64,000 nucleotides of DNA from Burkholderiales bacterium. GTDB taxonomy: Bacteria > Pseudomonadota > Gammaproteobacteria > Burkholderiales > JACQAP01. Each line of letters opens with the position of its first letter. Position 1 is the stretch's first letter. Positions 30,985 through 42,744 of this stretch are shown here, piece after piece. The notes under the pieces are model-generated. The model was not told the DNA's origin. It worked only from the letters and a program-made list of their open reading frames with translations, and searched no databases. A program made the position numbers and the translations under genes. Location of the stretch: contig JBJXFN010000131.1 in NCBI GenBank assembly GCA_046155535.1, forward strand, positions 6,699-70,698. Direction: 5' to 3'.

Positions 30985-31551
30985 ATGACGCGCTGGCTTT
31001 CCGGAATGGGTTTGCTGGCATTGCTCGGCGCCTGCGCAACACCACAAGCGCCCAGGCCACTTCCCTACAGCAATGTTGGCATCGAGGCTTTTTCTCTGAG
31101 CGGCCGCGTTGCCGTGAAGATCTCCTCGCGAGGGTATACCTCCGGATTGCGCTGGCGGCATGTCGGGGTCGACGATTCCCTGAAACTGATTTCTCCGGTA
31201 GGCACCGTGCTGGCAGATATTGAGTCCACGGACGAGGGCGTGACGCTGACGGGTGCCGACAAAAAAATTTACCGCTCCGAAAACGTACAGACCCTGACGC
31301 GGGAGATACTCGGTTGGGATCTGCCATTGTCAGGACTGAAGCATTGGGTGTTGGGCCGGGTGGATCCCGACGCCGCAGTGCTGGAGGAAATCCGCGACGC
31401 GCGCAACCGACTGACACGGCTCGCGCAGGGTGAATGGGAGATCGACTACCTCGCCTACGCGCAGGACGGCGCGTTGCCGTCAAGCCTCTCTCTTACCCAC
31501 GGCGATTTGCGCCTGCGTCTGGTGGTGGACCGGTGGGACATTCCCGAGTGA
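30985..31551 (+). CDS. lolB: outer membrane lipoprotein LolB
   Basis: Lipobox LLGAC, 188 aa, conserved LSGLKHWVLG segment. Upstream of ispE, as in many proteobacteria. Confidence 0.85.
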   Translation: MTRWLSGMGLLALLGACATPQAPRPLPYSNVGIEAFSLSGRVAVKISSRGYTSGLRWRHVGVDDSLKLISPVGTVLADIESTDEGVTLTGADKKIYRSENVQTLTREILGWDLPLSGLKHWVLGRVDPDAAVLEEIRDARNRLTRLAQGEWEIDYLAYAQDGALPSSLSLTHGDLRLRLVVDRWDIPE

Positions 31552-32390
31552 CCCCCCCGACCGAATGGTTCCCCGCACCGGCCAAACTCAACCTGTTCCT
31601 GCATGTCGTGGGGCGGCGCGCCGACGGCTATCACCTTCTGGAAACCGCTTTCCGATTTATCGACTTTGGCGATGCGCTTGCCTTCCAATGCCGTGCCGAC
31701 GGAGTCGTGCGCAGGGTCACGGCCTTGCCAGGAGTAGACCCGGAAAATGACTTATGCGTGCAGGCTGCGCGCCTGTTGCAGGAAGCAACCCGCTGCCGGC
31801 TGGGCGCGGATATCCGGCTGATCAAACGTATCCCGATGGGCGGCGGGCTGGGGGGCGGCAGTTCAGACGCCGCGACCACGCTGATGGCGCTGAACCGTTT
31901 GTGGGGGACCGGATTAAATCGTGCCGACATCCAGGCACTGGGGCTGAGGTTGGGGGCGGACGTGCCGGTTTTCGTGTTCGGGCGCAGTGCCTTTGCGCAA
32001 GGCATCGGAGAGCTGTTGCGAGCCTGCGAATTCGCCCCTGCGTGGTATGTGGTGTTGGTCCCGGAAGCGCCTGTTTCCACGGCGGAAATCTTCACTGCCC
32101 CTGAATTGACACGTAATACGAATGCAATCAGAATAGCGCCCTTTTCGCCGGACCATGGGCACAACGATCTGGAACCCGTCGTTTGTCGGCGGTATCCCCA
32201 GGTCGCGCTTTACCTGGAATGGCTGCGCCAGTACGGCCCGGCGCGAATGACGGGATCGGGCGCTTGCGTGTTTGTGAACGTGGCAGACGAAGCGCTGGCC
32301 AGAGAGATCGTCGCCAGCCTGCCAGTGGGCATGAAGGGATTTGCCGCGCGCGGCCTGGACCGGCATCCGATGTGGTCGGACGGCGATTAG
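31548..32390 (+). CDS. ispE: 4-diphosphocytidyl-2-C-methyl-D-erythritol kinase
   Basis: The GTG at 31548 overlaps the lolB stop (GTGA). PAPAKLNLFLHV and GHMP kinase motif IPMGGGLGGGSSDAA. Confidence 0.9.
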   Translation: MTPPTEWFPAPAKLNLFLHVVGRRADGYHLLETAFRFIDFGDALAFQCRADGVVRRVTALPGVDPENDLCVQAARLLQEATRCRLGADIRLIKRIPMGGGLGGGSSDAATTLMALNRLWGTGLNRADIQALGLRLGADVPVFVFGRSAFAQGIGELLRACEFAPAWYVVLVPEAPVSTAEIFTAPELTRNTNAIRIAPFSPDHGHNDLEPVVCRRYPQVALYLEWLRQYGPARMTGSGACVFVNVADEALAREIVASLPVGMKGFAARGLDRHPMWSDGD

Positions 32391-32396
32391 GAATTT

Positions 32397-32471
32397 TGGG
32401 GAGTCGCCAAGTGGTAAGGCACCGGATTTTGATTCCGGCATTCGTAGGTTCGATCCCTACCTCCCCAGCCA
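32397..32471 (+). tRNA. tRNA-Gln (anticodon UUG)
   Basis: Manual cloverleaf: acceptor tggggag/ctcccca, anticodon arm ccgga-ttTTGat-tccgg, T arm gtagg-ttcgatc-cctac, encoded CCA. Confidence 0.9.
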
Positions 32472-32566
32472 GGCTAACAAGGACGCGCCACGGCCAGTCA
32501 CACGGCGCAAGGGTTGTATCGGGTTTGGGTTTACCAGTCTCCAGTTTCTAGATTCCATTCTCTAGC

Positions 32567-33517
32567 ATGGCCTACGACAGCCTCATGGTGTTTACCGGCA
32601 ACGCCAATCCCAGGCTTGCTGAAGATGTGGTCAAACAATTGAATATTCCCCTGGGCCGGGCGACGGTGAGTCGCTTCAGCGATGGGGAAGTGATGGTGGA
32701 GCTGCTGGAAAACGTTCGGGGCAAGGACGTGTTTGTTCTCCAGTCGACCAGCATGCCTACCAATGACAATCTGATGGAAGTCATGCTCATGGTCGACGCT
32801 TTGAAGCGTTCCTCTGCGGGGCGGATCACGGCGGCAATTCCTTATTTGGGGTATGCGCGGCAGGACCGGCGTCCGCGCTCGGCCAGAGTGGCTATCAGTG
32901 CAAAGGTGGTCGCCAACATGCTGGTGGTGGCAGGGGTTGACCGATTGCTGACCATGGATTTGCACGCCGATCAGATTCAGGGATTTTTCGACATCCCGGT
33001 GGACAACGTCTATTCGGCGCCTATTCTGCTCGGCGACATCTGGAAACTTGGCCACCAGAATCTGGTGGTTGTTTCTCCGGATGTGGGCGGCGTGGTCCGG
33101 GCGCGGGCGCTGGCCAAACGGCTGGAATCCGATCTGGCGATTATTGACAAGCGGCGGCCCCGCCCGAATGTGTCCACAGTGATGAATATCATCGGCGATG
33201 TCGCGGGACGCACCTGCGTGATCATGGATGACATGGTCGATACCGCGAACACATTGTGCGAGGCGGCCCTGGCGCTCAAGGAAAAAGGCGCCGAACGCGT
33301 GCTGGCCTACTGCACCCACCCGGTATTGTCGGGCAAGGCGGTGGAGAGAATCGAAAACTCGGTGCTGGATGAATTGGTAGTGACCGATACCATCCCTCTG
33401 CGCGAGGAGGCCAAACGCAGCCGGCGCATTCGGCAACTGAGCATCGCTGCCCTGTTGGCGGAGACGATGCTGCGAATCAGTAACGAAGACTCAGTGTCTT
33501 CGTTGTTCATGGAATAG
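32567..33517 (+). CDS. prs: ribose-phosphate pyrophosphokinase
   Basis: 316 aa with the PRPP synthetase motifs YLGYARQDR and [11 protein letters not shown]. Confidence 0.94.
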   Translation: MAYDSLMVFTGNANPRLAEDVVKQLNIPLGRATVSRFSDGEVMVELLENVRGKDVFVLQSTSMPTNDNLMEVMLMVDALKRSSAGRITAAIPYLGYARQDRRPRSARVAISAKVVANMLVVAGVDRLLTMDLHADQIQGFFDIPVDNVYSAPILLGDIWKLGHQNLVVVSPDVGGVVRARALAKRLESDLAIIDKRRPRPNVSTVMNIIGDVAGRTCVIMDDMVDTANTLCEAALALKEKGAERVLAYCTHPVLSGKAVERIENSVLDELVVTDTIPLREEAKRSRRIRQLSIAALLAETMLRISNEDSVSSLFME

Positions 33518-33608
33518 ATTTACGGTGGGGCGGTGCGAAAGCCGCCCTGAACAAGGAAGAGGTGGAGGCTGGTCGCGGCCAATATCTCGTAGCAACAAGG
33601 AGAGCAAT

Positions 33609-34334
33609 ATGGCAAAAATTGAAGTCAATGCAGTTTCCCGGACGCTGCAGGGAACGGGTGCGAGCCGCCGCCTGCGCAATACGGGGAAAGTGCCGGGGAT
33701 CATCTACGGTGGTGATCTGCCGGCACAGAATGTCGAGCTGGACCACAATTCTTTGTATCACCAGCTCAAACTGGAAGCCTTCCATGCGTCCATTCTGAAC
33801 ATGAACATGGATGGCAAGACGGACAGGGTATTGCTGCGGGATGTGCAAATGCACCCCTGGAAGCAACTTATTCTGCATGTCGATTTTCAGCGTGTTTCTG
33901 CCAACCGTAAGATCCATATGAAGGTGCCGTTGCACTTCGTCAATGCCGAGATCGCGCCTGGCGTGAAGACCGGTGGCGGTATCGTGACGCACGTGATGAA
34001 TGAAATCGACATCACCTGTTTGCCGGACGACTTGCCGGAATTCATCGAAGTGGATCTGCAAACCCTCGAGCTTGGACATTCCGTGCACTTGGCCGATCTG
34101 AAAATTCCCAAAGGCGTGGAGTCCGTCCAGTTGGTTCGCGGCGACGATGCGGTCGTAGCCACCGTGCAGGTTCCGCGTGCCATTGTGGAGCCGGAGCCCA
34201 GTGTTGTGGCTGCCGCCACAGAAGGTGCGGCGGAAGGCGCTGCACCGGCGGCCGGCGCTGCGGCGCCTGCGGGTGCCGCCGCTGGCGCCGACGCCAAAAA
34301 GGAAGGCGAGAAAAAGGACAGCGGCAAGAAGTAA
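33609..34334 (+). CDS. rplY: 50S ribosomal protein L25/general stress protein Ctc
   Basis: ATG at 33609 (MAKIEVNA...). [15 protein letters not shown] motif and a long Ala/Gly/Lys-rich C-terminal tail. Confidence 0.9.
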   Translation: MAKIEVNAVSRTLQGTGASRRLRNTGKVPGIIYGGDLPAQNVELDHNSLYHQLKLEAFHASILNMNMDGKTDRVLLRDVQMHPWKQLILHVDFQRVSANRKIHMKVPLHFVNAEIAPGVKTGGGIVTHVMNEIDITCLPDDLPEFIEVDLQTLELGHSVHLADLKIPKGVESVQLVRGDDAVVATVQVPRAIVEPEPSVVAAATEGAAEGAAPAAGAAAPAGAAAGADAKKEGEKKDSGKK

Positions 34335-34420
34335 CCTGTCCGGTTATCTGTACGGCCTGCTTGTCTGCAGAATTCGCGACCGGCGGGCCGTTTTTATTTT
34401 CCGAAGCGAACTGACGAACC

Positions 34421-34987
34421 ATGAAGTTATTTGTTGGCCTCGGCAATCCCGGTCGCGAGTACGCGTTGACGCGGCACAATCTTGGATTTCAATGGATTGA
34501 CCAGCTTGCGGCAGCGCACGGGGCGGTATTGCGCCAGGAGGCGCGCTTCCATGGGCAGGCTGGCAAGCTGACGGATGCCGGCGGGGAATGCTGGCTGCTC
34601 AAGCCGACCACCTACATGAATGATAGCGGCAGGTCGGTACAGGCGATGATGCAGTTCTTCAAAATCGAACCTCCGGAAGTACTGGTGGTTCATGACGAAC
34701 TCGATCTTCCGCCAGGAGAGGTGAAATTGAAAAAGGGCGGCGGAAGCGCGGGCCACAATGGTTTGAAAGACATTGCCGTCCACCTCGGCCCGGATTTCTG
34801 GCGTCTGCGCTTGGGAATCGGCCGGCCGGCGGATCGGGCAAGGATGATCGACTATGTCCTGGAGAAACCGGCCAAGTCGGAAATCCCGATCATTCAGCTG
34901 GCAATAGAGCGCAGCCTCGAGATTTGGCCGATGCTCAAGAACGACAAGGCGGAAGCCGCGATGCTCAAGCTGCACACCAAGACCTGA
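34421..34987 (+). CDS. pth: peptidyl-tRNA hydrolase
   Basis: The N-terminus is MKLFVGLGNPG...Y..TRHN; the GHNG motif is also present. Confidence 0.93.
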   Translation: MKLFVGLGNPGREYALTRHNLGFQWIDQLAAAHGAVLRQEARFHGQAGKLTDAGGECWLLKPTTYMNDSGRSVQAMMQFFKIEPPEVLVVHDELDLPPGEVKLKKGGGSAGHNGLKDIAVHLGPDFWRLRLGIGRPADRARMIDYVLEKPAKSEIPIIQLAIERSLEIWPMLKNDKAEAAMLKLHTKT

Positions 34988-35035
34988 GCGCAGGCGGCAC
35001 TGCGCCCGGTTCACCCCTTACTTTTGACGGAAATC

Positions 35036-36130
35036 ATGAGTCTGAAATGTGGAATTGTCGGACTGCCCAATGTGGGAAAGTCCACTTTGTTCAACGCGCT
35101 GACCAAGGCCGGCATCGCGGCGGAAAACTATCCCTTTTGCACGATCGAGCCCAATGTCGGCATTGTGGAGGTCCCCGACGAGCGGCTCGCACAACTGGCC
35201 GCGATCGCCAAGCCATTGAAGGTGGTGCCCGCAATTGTGGAATTTGTCGATATTGCGGGTCTGGTGGCAGGCGCTTCGAAGGGGGAGGGTCTGGGCAACC
35301 AGTTTCTCGCCAACATTCGCGAAACCGACGCCATTGTCCATGTGGTGCGTTGTTTTGTGGATGAGAACATCGTGCATGTGGCCGGAAAAATCGATCCCCT
35401 GTCGGACATCGAAACCATCGAGACTGAGTTGGCCTTGGCGGACATGCAAACTGTCGACAAGGCACTCGCGCGTTATCGCAAGCCGGCCCAGTCGGGAGAC
35501 AAGGAGGCAAAGTTGCTTGTCGCTGTGCTCGAAAAAGCCCAGGCGCAACTGGACCAGGCCAAGCCTGTCAGGAGCCTGGACCTGTCCCGGGAGGAACTGG
35601 CGAACTTGAAGCCGTTTTGCCTGCTGACCGGCAAGCCGACGCTTTATGCCGCGAATGTCGAGGAACATGGCTTCGGGGATGACAACGCGATGTTGCAGGC
35701 GGTCAATCAATATGCCGCCAGGCAGGGTGCGCCGGTCGTGTCTTTCTGTGCCCGAATGGAGGCCGAGATCGCCGATTTGCCTGACGAGGACAAACGCATA
35801 TTTCTGGCGGACATGAATCTACAGGAGCCGGGATTGAATCGATTGATTCGGGCGGGATACGAATTGCTGGGCTTGCAGACTTATTTTACCGCCGGGGAGA
35901 AAGAAGTACGTGCCTGGACAATTTACCGGGGCGCCACGGCACCCCAGGCCGCGGGTGTCATCCATACTGATTTCGAAAAGGGGTTTATCCGCGCCGAAGT
36001 GATCGCCTTTAACGACTACGTCTCGAACAAGGGAGAGCTGGGTTCCAAGGAGGCTGGGAAAATGCGGCTGGAGGGAAAGGACTATCCGGTGAAGGATGGC
36101 GACGTCATGCATTTTCGTTTCAACGTCTGA
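35036..36130 (+). CDS. ychF: redox-regulated ATPase YchF
   Basis: ATG at 35036. G1 motif [10 protein letters not shown]-terminal TGS-like domain ending [10 protein letters not shown]. Confidence 0.94.
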   Translation: MSLKCGIVGLPNVGKSTLFNALTKAGIAAENYPFCTIEPNVGIVEVPDERLAQLAAIAKPLKVVPAIVEFVDIAGLVAGASKGEGLGNQFLANIRETDAIVHVVRCFVDENIVHVAGKIDPLSDIETIETELALADMQTVDKALARYRKPAQSGDKEAKLLVAVLEKAQAQLDQAKPVRSLDLSREELANLKPFCLLTGKPTLYAANVEEHGFGDDNAMLQAVNQYAARQGAPVVSFCARMEAEIADLPDEDKRIFLADMNLQEPGLNRLIRAGYELLGLQTYFTAGEKEVRAWTIYRGATAPQAAGVIHTDFEKGFIRAEVIAFNDYVSNKGELGSKEAGKMRLEGKDYPVKDGDVMHFRFNV

Positions 36131-36255
36131 GTGGGTGGCCGGTGGTGCCGGGAGTTTCGGTTCTCCTGGGCGGAAACCGGATTGTGTTCTCCGATTTACA
36201 GGGTTGAATCATTTGGGTACATTGGCAAGGTCCCACAGATCAGGAGGATATCCGC

Positions 36256-36969
36256 GTGAAGCAACAAACTGCCTTAGGTGTATTGGCGTTGACCCTTGCC
36301 GGCCTGCATGCCATGGCCGGTGCCCAGGAGACGGCATCCGATGTCGTCGCAGCGCCTTCCCCTTGGTACATGGGTGTGGGGTTTTCCAAGAACGTCGCCA
36401 AGATCCCACAGTCCACCGTGGATGCCGTAGGGGCCGCGATCGTTGCGGGACTGGGGCAACCCCCGTTGAATTTGGTGGTGGACGCCACGGTGATCGAAAA
36501 AGACGAGCGGAACTCCGGCGCAAAAATCATGGTCGGATACGCGTTCAGTCCGAAATTCGCTCTGGAAGGCACGTACCTCCCGGAGGTGAAATCCACGGTC
36601 GATTATGATTTTCGTTCCGGACTGAACTCCGTTGGTGTGTTCAGCATGCGCTATCAGATGGAAGCCTTTTCCCTGGATGCCGTGGGCAGTATTCCCTTGG
36701 GGGAAAAATGGTCGGTATTGGGACGCGTAGGGGTCAGCCTTGGTCGTACGCGGGTCCAGTATGAAGGAAGTCCGGTCACCTTGTTAGCCTCCAGTGACGA
36801 GCGGACAAAAACGCAGTTCAACGCCAAATTTGGGGCGGGCATGCAATACGACTTTCTTGCCAACATGGGATTGCGGGCGGAATGGGAGAACTACCGGTTT
36901 GCCGATCCCACCGCGTCGGAGAAAATCAAGGTTAACTCGTTTTCCGCCTCGTTTATCTATCGATTCTAA
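36256..36969 (+). CDS. outer membrane beta-barrel protein (OmpA-like TM / OMP_b-brl type)
   Basis: GTG start after a CAGGAGGA SD. Signal peptide ending AMAGAQE, alternating beta-strand pattern, C-terminal aromatic signature FIYRF. Confidence 0.7.
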   Translation: MKQQTALGVLALTLAGLHAMAGAQETASDVVAAPSPWYMGVGFSKNVAKIPQSTVDAVGAAIVAGLGQPPLNLVVDATVIEKDERNSGAKIMVGYAFSPKFALEGTYLPEVKSTVDYDFRSGLNSVGVFSMRYQMEAFSLDAVGSIPLGEKWSVLGRVGVSLGRTRVQYEGSPVTLLASSDERTKTQFNAKFGAGMQYDFLANMGLRAEWENYRFADPTASEKIKVNSFSASFIYRF

Positions 36970-37137
36970 AGAGTTGTAGCAGGCCTGCGGCGCGCCTCCT
37001 GTCCGGAGGCAAGCGGCATCGCATTCCAGCGTCGTATAGCATCCCCGGCGGTAGTCGGAAAATCAGCCTCGGCTAGGCCCGCACTGACTTTCCCGGAAGG
37101 GATTCCGCGCCGAGGGAAATGGCGACCCTGCGGGCAT

Positions 37138-38730
37138 TCAGCGACGCCTGCCGCCACCCAGTAAGGAACCCAGTACCCCGCGAACAAGTTGACCGGCGAT
37201 TTGGCCACCCACCGCACTGGCAACGTTTTTCCCGATCGAAGCAGTCGCGCCGCTGGATCTCCCTCCCAGCACCCCTTTGATCAATTCCCGCGCCAAGCCG
37301 GACCCAATCGAGCGTGCCGCGCTCTTGGTTGCGGCCTGGATCATGCCTTCATGCCGACCGCCACGAGGCCCGGTGGAGCCGAACAAAATATCCTTGGCGG
37401 CATTTGCAAATGTCGGGCTGCCCGGGTTCTCCGGGCTGTTCGCAGCCGCCGCTTTTGTCATGGCGACGGTGAGTTTTTCGTAGGCGGATTCGCGGTCTAC
37501 GGTTTTTTCGTAGACGCCTGCCAACATAGATCGCTGAACGGTGGCGGCCCTTTCTTCTTTCGTAACGGGGCCGATGCGGCTGTGCGGCGGCCGAATGAAG
37601 GCACGTTCGACCACGGAAGGCCTGCCTTTTTCGTCCAGGAAAGAAACTAGCGCTTCACCCACTGCCAGTTCCGTGATGACTTTTTCGACATCCAGACCAG
37701 GATTGGCGCGCAAGGTGGTAGCGGCGGTCTTGACGGATTTCTGGTCGCGCGGAGTGAATGCCCGCAATGCGTGTTGAACTCGGTTGCCCAGCTGGCCCAG
37801 GACAGCTTCCGGAATGTCGAGCGGGTTCTGGGTGACGAAGAACACCCCGATGCCTTTTGAGCGAATCAGTCGGACGACCTGTTCGATTTTCTCCAGCAGG
37901 GCAGGCGGTGCATCGTTGAACAACAAATGCGCTTCGTCGAAGAAAAACACCAATTTGGGTTTTTCGGGGTCTCCCACTTCCGGCAATTCTTCGAAGAGCT
38001 CGGAAAGCATCCACAATAGCAAGGTAGCGTAGGCCTTGGGCGAAGCGAGCAACTTGTCGGCGGCCAGAATGTTGATCACACCGCGACCCTTGTCATCGGT
38101 TTGCATGAGATCGTCTATGTTCAGCGCCGGCTCTCCAAAAAAACGGTCTCCGCCCTGCGAATCGATGACGATCAACCCGCGCTGAATGGCGCCTATGCTT
38201 GCCGCGGAAATATTGCCGTACTCCGTCGTGAACTCTTTTGCGTGATCGCCGACGAATTGCACTATCGAACGCAAATCTTTCAGGTCCAGCAGCAACAGGC
38301 CATTGTCGTCGGCGATCTTGAATACCAGCGTCAATACACCGGTCTGCGTGTCATTCAGATTCAACAGGCGCGCCAGCAGCAGTGGCCCCATCTCCGATAC
38401 CGTGGCGCGTACCGGATGTCCCCCTTCGCCAAACACATCCCAAAACGTCACCGGGCAGCCGACAAAATCCCAGTCGCCCAATGCCATGTTCTGCAACCGC
38501 TCCGTGAGTTTGGGACTTGCCTTGCCGGCTTGGGAAAGTCCGGCCAGATCGCCTTTGACGTCAGCCATAAAAACCGGAACGCCGATTGCACTGAGCGATT
38601 CGGCTATGGTTTGCAGCGTCACGGTTTTTCCGGTCCCGGTTGCGCCGGCGATCAGGCCGTGACGGTTGGCCAACCCGGGAAGCAGCCCAAGATCGAAAGT
38701 GGATTTGGCAATCGGCAGCGCGGTGAGCAT
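37138..38730 (-). CDS. HerA-like ATPase, DUF853 (YjgR) family
   Basis: 530 aa with Walker A GATGTGKT and Walker B-like LVFFFDEAH. Gly-rich amphipathic C-terminal tail. Confidence 0.8.
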   Translation of the reverse strand: MLTALPIAKSTFDLGLLPGLANRHGLIAGATGTGKTVTLQTIAESLSAIGVPVFMADVKGDLAGLSQAGKASPKLTERLQNMALGDWDFVGCPVTFWDVFGEGGHPVRATVSEMGPLLLARLLNLNDTQTGVLTLVFKIADDNGLLLLDLKDLRSIVQFVGDHAKEFTTEYGNISAASIGAIQRGLIVIDSQGGDRFFGEPALNIDDLMQTDDKGRGVINILAADKLLASPKAYATLLLWMLSELFEELPEVGDPEKPKLVFFFDEAHLLFNDAPPALLEKIEQVVRLIRSKGIGVFFVTQNPLDIPEAVLGQLGNRVQHALRAFTPRDQKSVKTAATTLRANPGLDVEKVITELAVGEALVSFLDEKGRPSVVERAFIRPPHSRIGPVTKEERAATVQRSMLAGVYEKTVDRESAYEKLTVAMTKAAAANSPENPGSPTFANAAKDILFGSTGPRGGRHEGMIQAATKSAARSIGSGLARELIKGVLGGRSSGATASIGKNVASAVGGQIAGQLVRGVLGSLLGGGRRR

Positions 38731-38862
38731 GTTCTGCGTCTTCGATCTCGTCTTCGCGACGGATCGTATGATAAAATTTTAATTATATCAGTCGCCTATC
38801 GCGCACCAGGAGATTTCCGTTTCGGGGCGCCGGGAATTCCCGTTTTCAATACCAGAGGACAC

Positions 38863-39588
38863 ATGGCCGGCCATAGCAAGTGGGCAAATATCCAGCATCG
38901 CAAAGGGCGGCAGGACGCCAAACGCGGGAAAATTTTTACCAGGCTCATCAAGGAAATTACGGTAGCTGCCCGACTGGGCGGGTCTGATGCAAGCGCCAAT
39001 CCGCGCCTGCGCCTGGCGATGGACAAGGCCTACGCCAACAATATGCCGAAGGACAATGTCGAGCGGGCGGTGAAACGCGGTAGCGGCGAACTGGACGGCG
39101 TGAATTACGAAGAAATCCGCTACGAAGGATACGGGATAGGGGGTGCCGCTGTCATTGTGGATTGCATGACGGATAATCGCACCAGAACAGTAGCGGACGT
39201 GCGCCATGCCTTCGCCAAACACGGGGGCAATCTGGGCACCGATGGTTCGGTGGCATTTCTTTTCAGACACTGCGGCCAATTGATTTTCCCCCCCGGGACC
39301 AGCGAAGAAAGAATCATGGAGGCCGCGCTCGACGCCGGCGCGGAAGATGTGCTGGCCAATGACGATGGCAGTCTGGAGGTCATCACCTCCCCGGCGACAT
39401 TCATCGCCGTGAAAGACTGTCTAGAGAAGGCCGGTTTCAAGGCGGAGATCGCGGAGGTAACCATGAAATCCACAGCGGAGAACGTGCTCGTCGGTGACGA
39501 TGCCGTGAAAATGCAGAAACTACTGGATGCGATCGAGTCACTCGATGATGTGCAAGAGGTGTATACCAGTGCAATCCTGGAAGGGTGA
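38863..39588 (+). CDS. YebC/PmpR-family DNA-binding transcriptional regulator
   Basis: ATG at 38863. N-terminus [15 protein letters not shown]. 241 aa. Sits upstream of ruvC. Confidence 0.92.
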   Translation: MAGHSKWANIQHRKGRQDAKRGKIFTRLIKEITVAARLGGSDASANPRLRLAMDKAYANNMPKDNVERAVKRGSGELDGVNYEEIRYEGYGIGGAAVIVDCMTDNRTRTVADVRHAFAKHGGNLGTDGSVAFLFRHCGQLIFPPGTSEERIMEAALDAGAEDVLANDDGSLEVITSPATFIAVKDCLEKAGFKAEIAEVTMKSTAENVLVGDDAVKMQKLLDAIESLDDVQEVYTSAILEG

Positions 39589-39691
39589 GCGTTAAGCAGC
39601 GTGGCGCCCTGTCTCAACAAACGCGATCGGCAATTATTGGGACCACTTTTGGTGGTGCCTGAGGGGAATTGAACATCAGAAAGTTCGTCGG

Positions 39692-40252
39692 GTGAGCGCA
39701 ACTGCCGCCCAGGGCGCAGGACGGGCGACTATCCGGATTTTGGGCATCGATCCGGGGCTGCGGGTGACTGGATTCGGGATCGTGGACAAATCCGGGCAGG
39801 TGCTGGGCTATGTTTCCAGTGGACGTATTCGCACCACCGAAGCAACGACTTTGCCGGAGAGAATCCGTTTGATTCTGGAGGGACTTTCGCAAGTCATCGC
39901 GGGAAACGCACCAGCCCATGTCGCTGTCGAGAAAGTGTTCGTCAATGTGAATCCCCAGTCCACCTTGTTGCTCGGCCAGGCACGCGGCGCGGCAATCTGT
40001 GCCGCGGTGATTGCGTCGTTGCCGGTCTGGGAATATACGGCGCTGCAAGTCAAACAGGCCGTGGTGGGCAACGGACATGCCGACAAGACACAGGTACAAC
40101 AAATGGTGCGCAGATTATTGGGCCTGCCGGCCAATCCCAGTGCCGATGCGGCAGATGCGCTGGCGTGTGCAATATGCCACGCGCACGCCGGACTTGGACT
40201 GGGCGCACTGTCGACAGGCGGACGGCGCATGAAAAGAGGGAGACTGGTGTGA
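39692..40252 (+). CDS. ruvC: crossover junction endodeoxyribonuclease RuvC
   Basis: [14 protein letters not shown] catalytic-Asp motif. GTG start. Confidence 0.9.
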   Translation: MSATAAQGAGRATIRILGIDPGLRVTGFGIVDKSGQVLGYVSSGRIRTTEATTLPERIRLILEGLSQVIAGNAPAHVAVEKVFVNVNPQSTLLLGQARGAAICAAVIASLPVWEYTALQVKQAVVGNGHADKTQVQQMVRRLLGLPANPSADAADALACAICHAHAGLGLGALSTGGRRMKRGRLV

Positions 40253-40827
40253 TCGGACGCCTGCGGGGGCAACTCATCGAAAAGCGGCCGCCCACCGTCG
40301 TAGTGGATGCGGGCGGGGTCGGTTACGAAATCGACGTCCCGATGAGCACCTTTTACGGACTTCCTGACACCGGGACCGTGGTCAGTCTGCTCACGCACCT
40401 GATTGTGCGTGAAGACGCGCATCTGCTGTTTGGCTTTGGCACAGAGGAGGAGCGGCAAGTGTTCCGGCAACTGCTGAAAATCTCCGGCATCGGCGCCCGG
40501 ACTGCACTGTCGGTTCTGTCCGGATTGTCCGTCTCGGAGCTGTATCAAGCCATCGCCACACAAGATGGTCTGCGGTTGACGAGGATCCCCGGGATTGGAA
40601 AAAAAACCGCAGAACGTCTGTTGCTCGAATTGCGGGACAAGCTGACAGTTGGCGTTGTGCCTAACGCAACAAACCGCGTTATCTCGGGCAAGCACGAAGC
40701 ACTCAGTGCCCTGGTCGCTCTCGGGTACAGTGAAAAAGAGGCGGACAGATCCCTTGAGTCTGTCGCCACGGAGGCATCCGTGCAGGACGCGATCCGGCAA
40801 GCGTTGCAATTGCTGGCCAGACCCTGA
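40249..40827 (+). CDS. ruvA: Holliday junction branch migration protein RuvA
   Basis: The GTG at 40249 overlaps the ruvC stop (GTGA). N-terminus VIGRLRGQL and HhH motifs ([21 protein letters not shown]). Confidence 0.9.
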   Translation: MIGRLRGQLIEKRPPTVVVDAGGVGYEIDVPMSTFYGLPDTGTVVSLLTHLIVREDAHLLFGFGTEEERQVFRQLLKISGIGARTALSVLSGLSVSELYQAIATQDGLRLTRIPGIGKKTAERLLLELRDKLTVGVVPNATNRVISGKHEALSALVALGYSEKEADRSLESVATEASVQDAIRQALQLLARP

Positions 40828-41219
40828 AGTTCCCATGCAGACTCGATTTCAGGCGGGCTGGCGGTAAATTGGTTTGCGTCGACTGGCCAAAAATCTTCCA
40901 GCGTTTTCGACGCAATGATGTCGCCCTGGAGCGACAGGCGCGTGAACTGTCGAGAGAAATGCGCAGTCCCTGGGCTATAATTCATCGACGATTTTTACCC
41001 ACGGGAGAGGTTGGTTGCCAAAGGGAGCAAAGGAATCATGAGTTGGGCGGCGCTGTGGATGTTGGCGGCCGGACCGGCGCGATTTAGAACCTGCGTTTCG
41101 AATCGCGCGAAACATTCCCTGCTGACCCGTGTCGTGGGATGCTCTCTCTGGAGCGCTTTTCCCCTGCGGTTGTGGGAGACCACACTTCGATTTTTCGTTA
41201 CTTGTGAAGGCGACCGATC

Positions 41220-42269
41220 ATGATTGAAACCGATCGCCTGATCGCGCCGGTTCCGCTCTCGGTTCAGGAAGAGGCGCTGGAGCGTGCATTGCGGCCGAAG
41301 CGGTTCGAAGAATACGTCGGGCAGGAAAAAATTCGCGGCCAGTTGCAGATTTTTATTCAAGCGGCCAGAAACCGGAGCGAGTCACTGGACCATGTGTTGT
41401 TGTTCGGCCCGCCGGGGTTGGGCAAGACCACGCTTGCCCATATCATCGCCAGGGAAATGGGAGTCAATCTGCGCCAGACCTCAGGTCCGGTGCTGGAAAG
41501 ACCGGGCGACCTGGCGGCCTTGTTGACCAATCTGGAGCCCAACGACGTTCTGTTCATTGACGAGATTCATCGCCTTTCCCCGGTCGTGGAGGAAATACTC
41601 TACCCGGCGCTGGAAGACTTTCAGCTGGACATCATGATTGGCGAGGGGCCGGCGGCGCGTTCCGTGAAACTGGACCTGCCGCCGTTTACGCTGGTCGGGG
41701 CGACCACCCGGGCGGGGATGTTGACCAACCCTCTGCGCGACCGGTTTGGGATCGTATCGCGACTCGAGTTTTATTCCCCACAGGAATTGACGCAGATCGT
41801 GGAGCGTTCATCGGGCCTGATGAACGTTGCTATCGACCCGGACGGCGCATTCGAAATCGCCTCGCGTTCGCGCGGCACACCGAGGATTTCCAATCGCCTT
41901 TTGCGGCGCGTGCGCGATTATGCCGAGGTCAAGGCTGAGGGGCGGATCAGCAAGACGGTTGCGGATCTGGCCCTCAAAATGCTCGACGTGGACCTGGCGG
42001 GTTTGGACATCATGGACCGCAAACTCTTGCTGGCTGTGATGGAAAAATTTGGCGGAGGACCGGTTGGGGTCGACAATCTGGCGGCGGCGATCGGAGAAGA
42101 ACGCGACACCATTGAAGATGTGCTGGAGCCTTTTCTCATCCAGCAAGGGTATCTGCAGCGCACACCGCGCGGACGGATGGCCACACTTTCCACGTATCGG
42201 CATTTTGGCCTGACGGTTCCTTCCCGATCGGGGGGTGCTGAGCTCTGGGCGAATGGTGAACGTGTTTGA
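41220..42269 (+). CDS. ruvB: Holliday junction branch migration DNA helicase RuvB
   Basis: Walker [10 protein letters not shown], Walker B FIDEIHR, sensor motifs. Confidence 0.95.
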   Translation: MIETDRLIAPVPLSVQEEALERALRPKRFEEYVGQEKIRGQLQIFIQAARNRSESLDHVLLFGPPGLGKTTLAHIIAREMGVNLRQTSGPVLERPGDLAALLTNLEPNDVLFIDEIHRLSPVVEEILYPALEDFQLDIMIGEGPAARSVKLDLPPFTLVGATTRAGMLTNPLRDRFGIVSRLEFYSPQELTQIVERSSGLMNVAIDPDGAFEIASRSRGTPRISNRLLRRVRDYAEVKAEGRISKTVADLALKMLDVDLAGLDIMDRKLLLAVMEKFGGGPVGVDNLAAAIGEERDTIEDVLEPFLIQQGYLQRTPRGRMATLSTYRHFGLTVPSRSGGAELWANGERV

Positions 42270-42744
42270 AGTGCCCGTCCGGATTTATTTCCAGGACACC
42301 GATGCCGGGGGCGTGGTATTTCACGCCACCTTTCTGCATTTCATGGAGCGTGCCCGCACAGAGTGGCTGCGGGAGCGGGGGTTCGACGCGAAGGAACTTG
42401 CCCGTCGCTTTGAGCTCTTATTCATCGTTCGCGGTCTGGAGATCGCCTATATTGCGCCGGCGCGTTTGGACGATATGGTGATGGTGAGTGTCTCCCTGTT
42501 GAAGATCGGCCGCGCACAGGTCACCTTTGCCCAGAATGTCCGGCGCGGGGAGGAGGTCCTGGTACGTTCGGTGGTCAATATTGCCAGCGTGACGACGGAC
42601 GGTTTGCGACCCATCGCATTTCCGGAAGAAGTACGGATTGCGCTGGCAGTCGAAGCAGAAAAATTTTCCGATGAAAGTCTTCAAGGCGCGGCAACCCCGC
42701 CTGTTTCGCGGTTGCGTTTAAGAGAAAAGATCAGACAATCATGA
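42253..42744 (+). CDS. ybgC: tol-pal associated acyl-CoA thioesterase YbgC
   Basis: Hotdog-fold motif [14 protein letters not shown]. Start taken at ATG 42253. The stop overlaps the tolQ start. Confidence 0.85.
   Translation: MVNVFEVPVRIYFQDTDAGGVVFHATFLHFMERARTEWLRERGFDAKELARRFELLFIVRGLEIAYIAPARLDDMVMVSVSLLKIGRAQVTFAQNVRRGEEVLVRSVVNIASVTTDGLRPIAFPEEVRIALAVEAEKFSDESLQGAATPPVSRLRLREKIRQS

Noticed and set aside
39609-39624. CTGT-N8-ACGC upstream of ruvC, considered as a LexA/SOS box.
   Set aside because: The second half-site deviates from the ACAG I recall for the consensus, and no second copy is seen near ruvA or ruvB. This is insufficient.
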